Shown: positions 20,973 to 30,237, numbered from the stretch's first letter. The stretch is 64,000 bases of DNA from an uncultured Ignavibacteriaceae bacterium (GCA_964602055.1 CAZRPU010000003.1:30439-94438); one strand, 5' to 3'. The notes: generated by a model not told the origin, from the letters alone. Numbers and translations: made by a program.

Positions 20973-22898
20973 TTAGTACTCGAGCCGAATTCCGGCCTTC
21001 AACCTCCGTCCGGGCATGGGATACCCGGGCATAAGGGAATAGTTCCTGTCAAAAACGTTGTCAACGGAAAATGAGACCCTCATATGCCCCATTCCCAATA
21101 CCACTGGAACGGAGATTCCCGCATCAGTTGTATGCACCGGGGGAAGGGACTGGGAGTTGTCATCCGTCGTAAATCTTCGTCCCGTCATTGAATGATACAG
21201 AGACAGGCTGACCGGCCCGGTGTCGATGATCATGGACGCATTGAGAAGACTTGTTGGAATGAGCGCCAGTCTTTTCTCGTAGGCCGGGTCGTTTGATCCA
21301 TCTTTGTTCAGTTTCCGGGAGTCGGCAAAAGAATAATTGATCGAGAAATCCAGGAGATCGTCAAGAATTGCCGCAGAATAGCGAACTTCGAATCCCTTCG
21401 TCCCCGTTCGGCCTATGTTGTTCGGTTTGAAGATGGAGAGATCAAATACAATGCGGTCTGTAACGTTCAGCGCATACCACGTGATTTCCACCATATGCGG
21501 ACCGTCGAGATCGAATCCGGCGGTCAATCCTATGTCGGCGCTCGTCGACCTTTCCGGCCTGAGAAGCGGATTGTTGAACCCGACATAGTACAGATCATTG
21601 AATGAGGGTGCTCGAAAACTTCTTCCATAACTTCCACGAATTCGGACATCGCCGGTTCGGAGAATCCTCAAGTTGGCACCTACCTTCGGCGTTAAGGCTC
21701 TGTCAACATCTGAAATATTGTCATAGCGAAGAATCCCGTAAATGGAGAGCCGGTCTCCCCACCAGCGGTCCTGGGTCCAATGGTATTCCCCCGAAAGATA
21801 CAAGGCAGTGCTCACCCGTTTGACGATGTCCTCAAAGTCTCCTCCGCGGAGCCTCGCATCGCTCCATTCTGCCCCCAGGGTCAGCTTCATATCCCCCTGC
21901 GGAGTGAGGACAACCTGAGGGTTGATCGATATCGAAGAATTGTGATAATCGCTCTTGATGGGAAAGACCGGATTCGGATCCCGATAGCGCTGAAGCCCAT
22001 AGTGGAATCCTCCGCGCACTGAGAGGTCGAGGTTGGTCGTGGGCATCGTGTGATAGCTCAGGAGCACATCGGCAATATCATCAGCCTGGCGTGCTTCGGG
22101 ACTTGGGAATGAAATGGGTCCCGGCACACCGCTTTCAGCGCGGACAAACTGACCAAACAAAGAAACTGCAGAACTCTTGTCCGGCCCCCAATCGCCCTGA
22201 AAATGGATTTGACGTTTGCGGAAATCTGCATTCGACCGCGTTGCAGATGTATCGGGCAAGCCGGGACGAAGGATTCGAAACTGATAATCGTCCCTTCCCT
22301 CTTCTAAAGTCACACCGCCGAGAACTCCGATGGAGCCTTCCCGATGACTGGCTTCGGCAAGCCATCGCTGATAGCCGTACGACCCGCCCTCGCCCTGAAC
22401 GCGGGCCCCAAAACCCTCGACTGATGTTCTTGTGAAAATGTTCACCACACCGCCAAGTGCGTCTGCCCCGTAGAGCGCCGAGCTGCCTCCGCGGACTATT
22501 TCGATCCGATCCACATTGCTCAGCGACAACAATCCAAGATCGGCGAGGCCGTTTTGAAACGATGAGAGCCTGTTTCCATTGATCAGCACCAGAAGGTGCT
22601 GTGCTGCTGTCCCGCGAACCAAGGCGGTCTTGAGGGAGCCATATCCCCCGAGATCACGCAAAAACACGCCGTTGGCCCTGCGCAGCAGGGATCCTGCCGT
22701 GGATCCCCCGGTGGCATCAGCGTCGGACAACCTCAAAACTTCCACGGGCGAAGGAGAATCAGCCAGCGGAAGCGTGGATCGGGTTGCGGTGACCACCACT
22801 TCGCTCAGAACATACTCTCGCAGTGTGTCAGCCTGATTCTGGGCGGAAAGAAACTGAAGGCAAAAAAGAGGGGTGAGTGCTGCCAGGAAACGGTTCAT
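20973..22898 (-). CDS. btuB: TonB-dependent outer-membrane receptor, BtuB-like (cobalamin riboswitch-controlled)
   Basis: Signal peptide MNRFLAALTPLFCLQFLSAQ, plug motifs (VVVTATRS..., RIEIVRGGSSALYGADALGGVVNI) and a C-terminal ...LKAGIRLEY. ATG 22898 is preceded by GGAG. A cobalamin riboswitch lies upstream. Confidence 0.85.
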   Translation of the reverse strand: MNRFLAALTPLFCLQFLSAQNQADTLREYVLSEVVVTATRSTLPLADSPSPVEVLRLSDADATGGSTAGSLLRRANGVFLRDLGGYGSLKTALVRGTAAQHLLVLINGNRLSSFQNGLADLGLLSLSNVDRIEIVRGGSSALYGADALGGVVNIFTRTSVEGFGARVQGEGGSYGYQRWLAEASHREGSIGVLGGVTLEEGRDDYQFRILRPGLPDTSATRSNADFRKRQIHFQGDWGPDKSSAVSLFGQFVRAESGVPGPISFPSPEARQADDIADVLLSYHTMPTTNLDLSVRGGFHYGLQRYRDPNPVFPIKSDYHNSSISINPQVVLTPQGDMKLTLGAEWSDARLRGGDFEDIVKRVSTALYLSGEYHWTQDRWWGDRLSIYGILRYDNISDVDRALTPKVGANLRILRTGDVRIRGSYGRSFRAPSFNDLYYVGFNNPLLRPERSTSADIGLTAGFDLDGPHMVEITWYALNVTDRIVFDLSIFKPNNIGRTGTKGFEVRYSAAILDDLLDFSINYSFADSRKLNKDGSNDPAYEKRLALIPTSLLNASMIIDTGPVSLSLYHSMTGRRFTTDDNSQSLPPVHTTDAGISVPVVLGMGHMRVSFSVDNVFDRNYSLMPGYPMPGRRLKAGIRLEY

Positions 22899-22923
22899 GA
22901 TCGCTCCATCGAAGTACCTGAAA

Positions 22924-22960
22924 TGGAAAAAGCTCGGGCCTGCGGAAAGGGACCAGAGCT
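22924..22960 (-). terminator. candidate attenuator/terminator hairpin in the riboswitch expression platform
   Basis: Minus strand AGCTCTGGTCC...GGCCCGAGCT (imperfect stem of about 9 bp) followed by TTTTTCC. It lies between the aptamer and the btuB SD. Confidence 0.4.
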
Positions 22961-23016
22961 TCAACGGCAATCAACGAACCGGATGCGCACCTTCCCGCGA
23001 AGGCTTCACAACGTGG

Positions 23017-23208
23017 GCTTTGGCAGGTCTCCTGGCTCTCCCTCCCCGGCGAGTCTTCCCGTTCATCGTTGAACAGTGACTGGTTCCGTCGGGGTCCTTC
23101 CTCTGTGGAAGGAAAGGGACTACAGTTGCGGGGCAGCTTCCGATTTCTCACATGATCGTGAGGCACGGAATTCCCTTTTCATCCCGCTGTTAGGCGGGAC
23201 ACCAAAGC
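23017..23208 (-). promoter_or_regulatory. cobalamin (B12) riboswitch aptamer
   Basis: Minus-strand read: GCTTTGGTG...GAAAAGGGAATTCCGTGCC...GTGAGAAATCGGAAGCTGCCCCGCAACTGTAG...GAGCCAGGAGACCTGCCAAAGC. The conserved AAGGGAA, GCCCCGCAACTGTA and B12-box AGCCAGGAGACCTGCC (23022-23037) elements are all present. P1 pairs GCTTTGG with CCAAAGC. Confidence 0.85.
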
Positions 23209-23236
23209 ATTCTTTGAAAGAACAAGACAACGCATT

Positions 23237-23265
23237 AATGTAGGTAATCGGTTCCGGAGAGTCAA
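23237..23265 (-). promoter_or_regulatory. sigma70-type promoter for the riboswitch-btuB unit (TTGACT-17 nt-TACATT)
   Basis: Minus-strand read TTGACT CTCCGGAACCGATTACC TACATT, about 30 nt upstream of riboswitch P1. Confidence 0.5.
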
Positions 23266-23268
23266 GAA

Positions 23269-24981
23269 CTAATAGCCGATGGCGGCACCATGTCCTCTCT
23301 TATCCGAAACGCCGACAAGCACTCCATCGTCGGAGATGAGTATCCCTTCCGCCCTTCCATACTCTCCGGTGAGTTCCACGACTATGTAGCCTCTCTTGAT
23401 CAGACCGCGGTTTATCGATGGTGGGAGCCCGCCGCGCTCGAAAAAAAGCGTGTCAGGCCTCCATTGATGATGAATTCTCGGGGCGTTGACAGCTTTTTCG
23501 AGCTTCATTTCATAGTCGAGGACATTAACGAGAATCTGTAGAATTGTCGTAATAATGCGTGAGCCCCCCGGCGTTCCCAGAACGAGATAGGGCCGATCGT
23601 CTTTCAGAACGATGGTGGGTGTCATGGCACTTAACATCCTCTTCCCTGGTGCAATGGCATTTGCTTCTCCTCCGACAAGGCCAAATTGATTCGGTATCCC
23701 GGGCTTTGCCGAGAAATCATCCATCTCGTTGTTCAGGAAGAACCCTCCCCCCTCAACAAGAACGCCGCATCCGAAAAAGTCGTTGATGGTTGTTGTAACG
23801 CTTACACAATTGCCCCAACGATCGACAATGGAATAGTGCGTTGTTTCCGTCTTTTCGCCCGCGGGAACCTCCCCGTGGGAAATCTTGTCGCTCGGAGTTG
23901 CCCGGCCTGACCTTACCAGTTTCCTCCTCTCTGCGGCAAAGGACTTTGACACTAGCTTGTCCGTGGGAACCGAGACAAAATCCGGATCACCGAGAAATTG
24001 CGCCCTGTCGGCATAAGCGATCTTCATCGTCTCACCGAGGATGTTTGCCGTGGTAAGAGACCCATATCCCGTCTTGCGAAGATTGAAGCCTTCAAGAATG
24101 TTGAGCATTTCGATCAGAACGACGCCTCCGGAACTCGGAGGACCCATGGAAATGATCTGATACCCCCGATACGATCCTTTGACGGGTATGCGTTCTGCAA
24201 CAGAATATCCGGCGAGGTCTTCCAGGGTAATTATTCCACCATATTTCTCCATTTCCCGTTTGATCTGTGCGGCAGTTTCACCTTTATAGAATCCGTCTCT
24301 CCCGCTGTTCCTGATACGTTCGAGCGTTGCAGCAAGGCTGGATTGTCTCAGTGTATCCCCCAGGCCAAGTGGCTTGCCGTTCCGTGTAAAGACCGGCAGA
24401 CCGGCGGGGTATCGCTTGAAAAGATCGACATTTGAAGATATTTCCCTTGCCAGAAACCGATTTCTGATGACAAACCCGTCCCGCGCAAGGGAGATCGCCG
24501 GCCGGAGAACCGCAGAGCGCCTCATCGTACCGTAGCGGTCTAATGCGTAAAGTAATCCTGCAACCGAGCCCGGAACCCCTGAGGCCAGAGGTCCCTTCTG
24601 GCTTCTTGCCGATACAAAAGCACCACGACGGTCGAGGTACATGCCGCGTGTTGCCCCTGCAGGCGCTTTTTCTCTAAAGTCAATGGTCGTCGCACGACCG
24701 TCGGCCAACCTGATGACCATAAATCCTCCCCCTCCGATATTTCCGGCGAGGGGGAAAGTAACCGCCAGAGCAAATCCAACCGCCACACCTGCATCAACGG
24801 CATTCCCCCCCTTCCTGAGGATTTCCACGCCTACAGCGCTGGCGATCGAATCTGCCGAAACTATCATTCCGTTCTTCCCCAGCGAGCGTTGCTGGGCAAG
24901 AGCCTGAAGACAAGTTGAACTTGATGCGAAAACAATGAACAGCGGGAGCAGGGAGAGTGCTATTCGGCGCTTGAGGTTCAA
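23269..24981 (-). CDS. ggt: gamma-glutamyltranspeptidase
   Basis: 570 aa with a signal peptide. The autoprocessing/nucleophile region is ...EKTETTHYSIVDRWGNCVSVTTTIN, followed by GTPGGSRII. TTG start at 24981. Confidence 0.9.
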   Translation of the reverse strand: MNLKRRIALSLLPLFIVFASSSTCLQALAQQRSLGKNGMIVSADSIASAVGVEILRKGGNAVDAGVAVGFALAVTFPLAGNIGGGGFMVIRLADGRATTIDFREKAPAGATRGMYLDRRGAFVSARSQKGPLASGVPGSVAGLLYALDRYGTMRRSAVLRPAISLARDGFVIRNRFLAREISSNVDLFKRYPAGLPVFTRNGKPLGLGDTLRQSSLAATLERIRNSGRDGFYKGETAAQIKREMEKYGGIITLEDLAGYSVAERIPVKGSYRGYQIISMGPPSSGGVVLIEMLNILEGFNLRKTGYGSLTTANILGETMKIAYADRAQFLGDPDFVSVPTDKLVSKSFAAERRKLVRSGRATPSDKISHGEVPAGEKTETTHYSIVDRWGNCVSVTTTINDFFGCGVLVEGGGFFLNNEMDDFSAKPGIPNQFGLVGGEANAIAPGKRMLSAMTPTIVLKDDRPYLVLGTPGGSRIITTILQILVNVLDYEMKLEKAVNAPRIHHQWRPDTLFFERGGLPPSINRGLIKRGYIVVELTGEYGRAEGILISDDGVLVGVSDKRGHGAAIGY

Positions 24982-25003
24982 GGGAATTCTTTGAGGAATG
25001 AAG

Positions 25004-25035
25004 CCTCGGTCTCCGGGGAGTTCCGGAAACCGAGG
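25004..25035 (-). terminator. long hairpin downstream of ssb (terminator-like, weak U-tract)
   Basis: Minus strand CCTCGGTTTCCGG-AACTCC-CCGGAGACCGAGG, a 13-bp stem including one G-U pair. Confidence 0.45.
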
Positions 25036-25044
25036 AAGTATTCT

Positions 25045-25467
25045 TTAGAAAGGCAGATCGTCGGCCTTCTCGGCGGGATGCTCTTCTTGCGCGGGCGATG
25101 GACCCGATTCCATTGATGGGCTTCCGCCTCCCCTGGAGTCGAGCATAACCATCTCATCGAGGACCACTTCCGTCACATACCGTTTGACCCCGTTTTTGTC
25201 GTCATAATTCCTGTGCTGGAGCCGACCTTCAACATACACTTTCCCCCCTTTTTTCAGGTATTCTCCGCAGATTTCTGCAAGCTTCCTCCAGGCAACAATG
25301 TTATGCCATTGTGTTCTTTCCTGAAGGTTGCCATCAACGTCTTTCCACGATTCATTCGTCGCAATGCTGAACGTCGCAACCGCGACTCCGCTGCTGGTAT
25401 AGCGCAGCTCCGGGTCTTTCCCCAGATTTCCGATGAGAATAACCTTGTTAACGCTTCGCGCTGCCAT
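25045..25467 (-). CDS. ssb: single-stranded DNA-binding protein
   Basis: [41 protein letters not shown]... with the acidic C-terminal tip DDLPF. SD GAGGAGG. Confidence 0.93.
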   Translation of the reverse strand: MAARSVNKVILIGNLGKDPELRYTSSGVAVATFSIATNESWKDVDGNLQERTQWHNIVAWRKLAEICGEYLKKGGKVYVEGRLQHRNYDDKNGVKRYVTEVVLDEMVMLDSRGGGSPSMESGPSPAQEEHPAEKADDLPF

Positions 25468-25516
25468 AAAACCTCCTCAAAATAGAAATTTGAAATCGGG
25501 GGGCACAAGTGCGTGC

Positions 25517-25545
25517 AAAATAGAGGAAAAGCGAGAAAATGTCAA
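25517..25545 (-). promoter_or_regulatory. sigma70-type promoter for ssb (TTGACA-17 nt-TATTTT)
   Basis: Minus-strand read TTGACA TTTTCTCGCTTTTCCTC TATTTT, about 50 nt upstream of the ssb ATG. Confidence 0.55.
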
Positions 25546-25549
25546 CTGT

Positions 25550-26425
25550 TTAACGTGACGCGGGCTCCATCCGGAAAATGCCTACGCGGCTTGGAGAGAC
25601 GATGAGGAGGCGATCTTTCCACATCGCCACATCCTGCAAGGGAGCGAGAGAATATTCCGAGAGAATTTCCGACGCTGCCATCGCCCATCGTACTGATCCC
25701 TTCGAATCGAACAGATGGAGAGTGTCATTGGCAACAACCATAATACCCCTGCGGCCCACCGCCATGCCCTTTGCGCCCGTGAATGTTCCCCGGCCGATGG
25801 AGCTCAGAAAATTCCCTGCGTAGTCGAATTGCGCTATGCGGTCGGGCTCGAGCACAAGAACCTTGTCATCTTCCGAAACGGCCACTTCGAGTGGACGCTG
25901 GAGCCTGCCCTCACCTGCTTCAAGGGAGCCAAAAGAGCGGACAAACCCCGACCGGCTGTCGAATTGGACGACTCTGAGATTCTCTCCATCGAGAACGAAA
26001 AGATCTCCTTGTTTCGACAGAGCGAGGCCGAGAGGGTAGCCAAACTGTGCGGAGGAAATTGAAGTATCGCGGGTCGATAACGCTGAAAGAAAGACAAGAT
26101 TGCGGTCGTACCGGACAATCCGGTGGTTCCCGTAGTCTGAAACGTAGATTGTCAGCCCATCCGTAGCGACCCCCGTGGGCCGATCGAGAGTGGTGGCGTC
26201 CCAGCCGTACCCACCCACAAGACGCTGATGAGTGCCCCGCTCTGAAAACAGCGAGAGCGTATGTCTCGCATCGTCAAGAACGTAGATTGTGCCGCTCGCG
26301 TCAACCGCTATCCTGGCTGCGTTGCCAAACGATCCAAAAAAACTCTCCTCAACAAAAAGGGTATCCTGAGCCTGGAGTCCCGGTACGCAAAGAAGTAAAC
26401 CGGCTATTGCAGCAAGCGCGACCAA
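25550..26425 (-). CDS. NHL-repeat (six-bladed beta-propeller) protein, secreted
   Basis: 291 aa with repeated ...G.iYV.D..NHRI/..v.vfd... units (for example IYVSDYGNHRIVRYD, LFVLDGENLRVVQFD). Hydrophobic N-terminus. The TTG start overlaps the upstream gene by 22 nt. Confidence 0.7.
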   Translation of the reverse strand: MVALAAIAGLLLCVPGLQAQDTLFVEESFFGSFGNAARIAVDASGTIYVLDDARHTLSLFSERGTHQRLVGGYGWDATTLDRPTGVATDGLTIYVSDYGNHRIVRYDRNLVFLSALSTRDTSISSAQFGYPLGLALSKQGDLFVLDGENLRVVQFDSRSGFVRSFGSLEAGEGRLQRPLEVAVSEDDKVLVLEPDRIAQFDYAGNFLSSIGRGTFTGAKGMAVGRRGIMVVANDTLHLFDSKGSVRWAMAASEILSEYSLAPLQDVAMWKDRLLIVSPSRVGIFRMEPASR

Positions 26426-27774
26426 TCGTCGTCCCAGAGTTCTCCCCGTTTCGTTGAATGGACAAGGGTGTATTCCCCGAAACCGGTGCGATCGACAAAG
26501 ATGAACGAAACGCCGTTTTCGATGTTAAAGTACCGCCATATCTCATACGGTCGAGCAACCTCCGTGGTGCTGGGATATCTCTCCGTGTCATCCGGCTCTC
26601 CGTACAGAATTGCCACGCGACCCCTGTCTGTCGACCATCCCGGGCGATTGAAAGCACGAAAACGTTCGTTTGCCTTGCGGGCCCGGTCGAGATATTCCGT
26701 GCGGGTAATCCCGGGACGACCACCCTTTCCTTTTGCCACTTCGGCCCAAAACGCAGAGAGATATTCCCTCCGCCCGTCCGGCGATGTGATCTGAGCAAAG
26801 GTCTTGATTTCATCTTTCGTCGCGTGGTACTGCGCCATTCTGAATTCCTCTGCGAGTTCATCAGGGGTCAGGCCGCCGAGCTCCGATTCAACCAGTTTTG
26901 CATCCGAAAGAACAGGCGCGGCAACCCGGGGATTATACACATAGAACACTTTTTCCGTTTTGGTAATCGGTTCGGAAGACGGGCTCAGGATCAGAGCCTG
27001 AAAGTAGTATTTACCGGACTTGAGTTTCACAATGTTGGTGGTCCCGATTTCCACCGAGTTTCTTATCTTGTACTTCCGCTTCTTGGCATTTTCCTGGATG
27101 GGTTTCCGCGCGTCATCGAGAATCAGCGTACGCAGCACGTATTCCTTATCCGGATCAATGTCGTAGAGCTCAAAATAATGAAAAATGACGGGATGGTTGC
27201 TCGTACCGAAGAGAAGGGTGGGATTCGGGACGACGTCAAACGAGTTCTTATAGAAAAGGTTCTCCTTGTCGGACGACTCACGAATATTTGAGCACAGTTC
27301 GAGGTCGCTCGCTGCAAGTCCCGGCCCCAATGGCTCCATGGTGCTCGAGATCCTGACGGTATCGGATCGGGAAGGATCGAGCGAATCGGACGCCGTGATC
27401 TGGAAAACATACTCTCCAAAAGGAAGCGAGTATCCCATTTGCGAGATCAGTGTCGAGCCGGCTGCGATCCCGGCGCTGTCTCTTGCGCTCAGGGGAATCC
27501 TTCGGCGATCTCGCCTGACCACTTCTCCCGTTTGCTTGCTCGAAATTTCGGTGTTGAGGAAAATAGTTCCTTCAAACGCATCTCCAACAGGCCGGTAAGT
27601 CGTCAGGTGAGGAAAAACAGCAAAATAGAATTCCACATACGTGGTGCTGTCACTGTGGCGAAACCTCGCATAGTCGAAGTTCATGGTGAACGGGGAGCTC
27701 GTCAACAGGATCTGTGAAGACGCCGTGGACGCGAAGATGCCAGCAACGAATATGAACATTCCAATCTTTTTCAT
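26404..27774 (-). CDS. GWxTD domain-containing protein, secreted
   Basis: 456 aa with signal peptide MKKIGMFIFVAGIFASTASSQ. The C-terminal region contains ...FNRPGWSTDRGRVAILYGEPDD..., the name-giving GWxTD motif. Confidence 0.75.
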   Translation of the reverse strand: MKKIGMFIFVAGIFASTASSQILLTSSPFTMNFDYARFRHSDSTTYVEFYFAVFPHLTTYRPVGDAFEGTIFLNTEISSKQTGEVVRRDRRRIPLSARDSAGIAAGSTLISQMGYSLPFGEYVFQITASDSLDPSRSDTVRISSTMEPLGPGLAASDLELCSNIRESSDKENLFYKNSFDVVPNPTLLFGTSNHPVIFHYFELYDIDPDKEYVLRTLILDDARKPIQENAKKRKYKIRNSVEIGTTNIVKLKSGKYYFQALILSPSSEPITKTEKVFYVYNPRVAAPVLSDAKLVESELGGLTPDELAEEFRMAQYHATKDEIKTFAQITSPDGRREYLSAFWAEVAKGKGGRPGITRTEYLDRARKANERFRAFNRPGWSTDRGRVAILYGEPDDTERYPSTTEVARPYEIWRYFNIENGVSFIFVDRTGFGEYTLVHSTKRGELWDDDWSRLLQ

Positions 27775-27788
27775 GAAGTCCTCAGGCG

Positions 27789-30137
27789 TTATTCTCTATT
27801 GCTGATGATATTGGCGAACAATCGTAGTACTCCCGGATGCAAGTTCATCATTTGATGCTTTAAATCCAAATCAACATACGTGATCCTCCCTTTTCCCGTT
27901 TTCTCGGTAACAATCATCGGGTATCCGGTTTCTGCCTGCCGAAGAACCACTTCGACACTTCCACTCTCTGGAACGGTCACCCGGTGATATGCCCGAAAGA
28001 AGAGCCATGAGTCCCATAATGAACTATCAACAGCATTGGGAAAGCGAAAAAGGCGGTTCGCATCATTGAATGTTGCCTCCGTTGCAGCTCCAAATTCATG
28101 CGTCCGTTCCAGTTGAACCCCCGAAAGAAGGGGATTAGCATTCCAGTCATCCTCCTCTTGCCTCAGAATGATCACATGCCCCCCTCGAGAGGCAAACGAG
28201 CGGATTTCAGAGCGTGTTGTTCCATCAACCCTCAGGAGGGAAAGGGAACGCTCGTCAACCACCAAGGCACCTATCGGCTGCGTTGCGATGCTCCCCGGCG
28301 AGACTACCGAAGCTTGCGCGCCAATGTCCCTCAGCGCATGAACCGTTGTTCCAAACGGGAATGGCGTAACAATACTGATCGAATCTCGCCTCCCGACGGT
28401 GACCGGAAAACTCCTCACCGCGACATTCATCACATGCACAGATCCGATGGAGAGCGGAATGATCATCGAAGTATCCTTCAGCGCCTGCTTCCAATGAAGC
28501 TTCAGTGTATCTGTAAAGGAGGAGCCCTTCGTCGACGCCCGAAAGTTACTTCCCTCTCCTTCGACCAAGTCGCTCTCAATGCGTATCCTGTCTGCGACAC
28601 CGTCATAGGTGTTATTCGTAAACCGAACTATGACCTCAGCACCTTCATCCGCTTTCACCATCGGCGTAAGGATATCAAGAGTGTGCCTTGGCGAAAAAAG
28701 CAATGGAATGACTGTCCGCACAGCAAAACTCTCTTCCCGAGTGGCTCCCCGATGGAGGATGAAGAAGGAAAAATCATACCGGGGTGAAGTGCGTTCCAAA
28801 CCAAAGAGGTCGGCTGGAAGGTGATAGTCGGGCTTCTCAGGCGATACGATTCTATAGGCAACTCCCGTTCGAAGAGGAAGAAGACGCTCCCGAGCCTCGT
28901 CGATAATCCAATCATCTTCAATAGAAGGGAACAGAATCTCCAGCCTTCCCTTCAGAGGCGGTCCACTGACGGAGTCAATGGTGAGATGAGCTAGCTGCCT
29001 TGGTGAAAGAACTGTATGCTCAATCGAAAAATGCACTTGAACATCGAGAAGAAGGTTCCTCAATTGCTCCAATGACCTCTTCCACGAAATAAGATGCTTT
29101 CTTTGGCGCGGCGTCGGCCGAAGAGGCTGTGAAAATCGGCCGTCGACAGAATCTATCAACGAAACCACCCCCTTCAACATCTTCATCCTTGAGGACCGAA
29201 ACTTTGCCGAACTTCCCACGTTAGCGACAAGTTCGGAGCTCAAGCGCGCGAGAGCCGCGTGGATTTGATCCAGCGGCTTCCCCGGCGCAGAACCAAGTCC
29301 CTGATCCAGCATCTTCACGGTAGAAGCCTTTGGCAGCGAGCCATACAGCAGCTCGTACCGAAGAGGGTTCGATCGCCTCCAGACGGATTGCTGATGAGCC
29401 AAGGAGGGATATCGCTCAATTGCTTCCGCTGCCCGCTTGCGGGCAAGCAACGCCAATGGACCTGTTACCTTGGAATAGTCCAGACTGATACCACCCCGTT
29501 TCACTTCGGCGAACACACGCCTCACATCCCAGCGCTCATGAGTCCCCCGCGGGAGCCGACCCTCACGATTCACACCTGACATGAGTGAGTCTCTCACTTC
29601 GAGAACAAGAGAAGCGAGAGCATCCCGGAGAGGGCTTTTTCCCTTCACTCGGGGATCGCCGGCAATAACGATAATATCCGGCTTGACCTCAAGGACGAGT
29701 TTCTCCAATGTGGCAATAAGTGACTCTTTGGACCAACGTTCCCACACATCCGACTCGGATGCAGAGGCACCCGGATCTTCAAGATTCAGAAACCGCACTT
29801 CCCCTTCCAGCACAGAGCTTGCCTGATAGGCCTCTTCACGGAGTGTCGCAGCGAGCTGGCTCGGATATTGGTTCCTCACATCACTGTCGCCGGATTCACC
29901 ATTGGTGCAAAATACCGAAACTACCTTTGCGCCGCGCACGGAGCGAAGCATGGCCAGAGTTGTGAGATCCTCGAATCCCGGCTGGAGAGCAAGATTCATG
30001 ACGGTCAGGCTGTTCGGCAGGTGAGTTGCAACTTCCCTCAACTGCACAGGAACAGAGCTCTGGGACACCAAACGGCTGAGTGGAAGAAGGATAATAAGGG
30101 AAAAAATGGCGAAGAAGAGAAAAAACCGAAACTTCAT
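27789..30137 (-). CDS. large secreted protein with N-terminal LmbE/PIG-L-like fold (metal-binding motif degenerate) and C-terminal GATase1/ThuA-like region
   Basis: ATG 30137 (MKFRFFLFFAIFSLIILLPLS) is preceded by AAGGAAG. TVMNLALQPGFEDLT...VVSVFCTNGESGD...KPDIIVIAGDP parallels the LmbE pattern AHPDDE...TDGExG...PDvv, but with the His/Asp positions replaced. The C-terminus has GGHVIILRQEEDDW.... The assignment is from memory of large LmbE-family proteins in Bacteroidota. Confidence 0.5.
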   Translation of the reverse strand: MKFRFFLFFAIFSLIILLPLSRLVSQSSVPVQLREVATHLPNSLTVMNLALQPGFEDLTTLAMLRSVRGAKVVSVFCTNGESGDSDVRNQYPSQLAATLREEAYQASSVLEGEVRFLNLEDPGASASESDVWERWSKESLIATLEKLVLEVKPDIIVIAGDPRVKGKSPLRDALASLVLEVRDSLMSGVNREGRLPRGTHERWDVRRVFAEVKRGGISLDYSKVTGPLALLARKRAAEAIERYPSLAHQQSVWRRSNPLRYELLYGSLPKASTVKMLDQGLGSAPGKPLDQIHAALARLSSELVANVGSSAKFRSSRMKMLKGVVSLIDSVDGRFSQPLRPTPRQRKHLISWKRSLEQLRNLLLDVQVHFSIEHTVLSPRQLAHLTIDSVSGPPLKGRLEILFPSIEDDWIIDEARERLLPLRTGVAYRIVSPEKPDYHLPADLFGLERTSPRYDFSFFILHRGATREESFAVRTVIPLLFSPRHTLDILTPMVKADEGAEVIVRFTNNTYDGVADRIRIESDLVEGEGSNFRASTKGSSFTDTLKLHWKQALKDTSMIIPLSIGSVHVMNVAVRSFPVTVGRRDSISIVTPFPFGTTVHALRDIGAQASVVSPGSIATQPIGALVVDERSLSLLRVDGTTRSEIRSFASRGGHVIILRQEEDDWNANPLLSGVQLERTHEFGAATEATFNDANRLFRFPNAVDSSLWDSWLFFRAYHRVTVPESGSVEVVLRQAETGYPMIVTEKTGKGRITYVDLDLKHQMMNLHPGVLRLFANIISNRE

Positions 30138-30169
30138 GATTGCTTCCTTACACAAGAGGTGGGGCGGAA

Positions 30170-30209
30170 TAAGCAAAAGAAAAGGCTGCCTTTTGTGGAA
30201 GGCAGCCTT
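30170..30209 (-). terminator. strong intrinsic terminator after porV-like gene
   Basis: Minus strand AAGGCTGCCTT-CCACAA-AAGGCAGCCTT (11-bp perfect stem) followed by TTCTTTTGCTT. Confidence 0.8.
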
Positions 30210-30237
30210 CTCCATCTGCAGCCAAACACGCTACATC

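Noticed and set aside
27789-30137. Possibility that the 782-aa protein next to porV is the T9SS sortase PorU.
   Set aside because: The gene order is porV then this gene, the reverse of the usual porU-porV. The protein is several hundred residues shorter than PorU. The N-terminus looks LmbE-like rather than gingipain/C25-like, and I saw no His/Cys catalytic dyad context.
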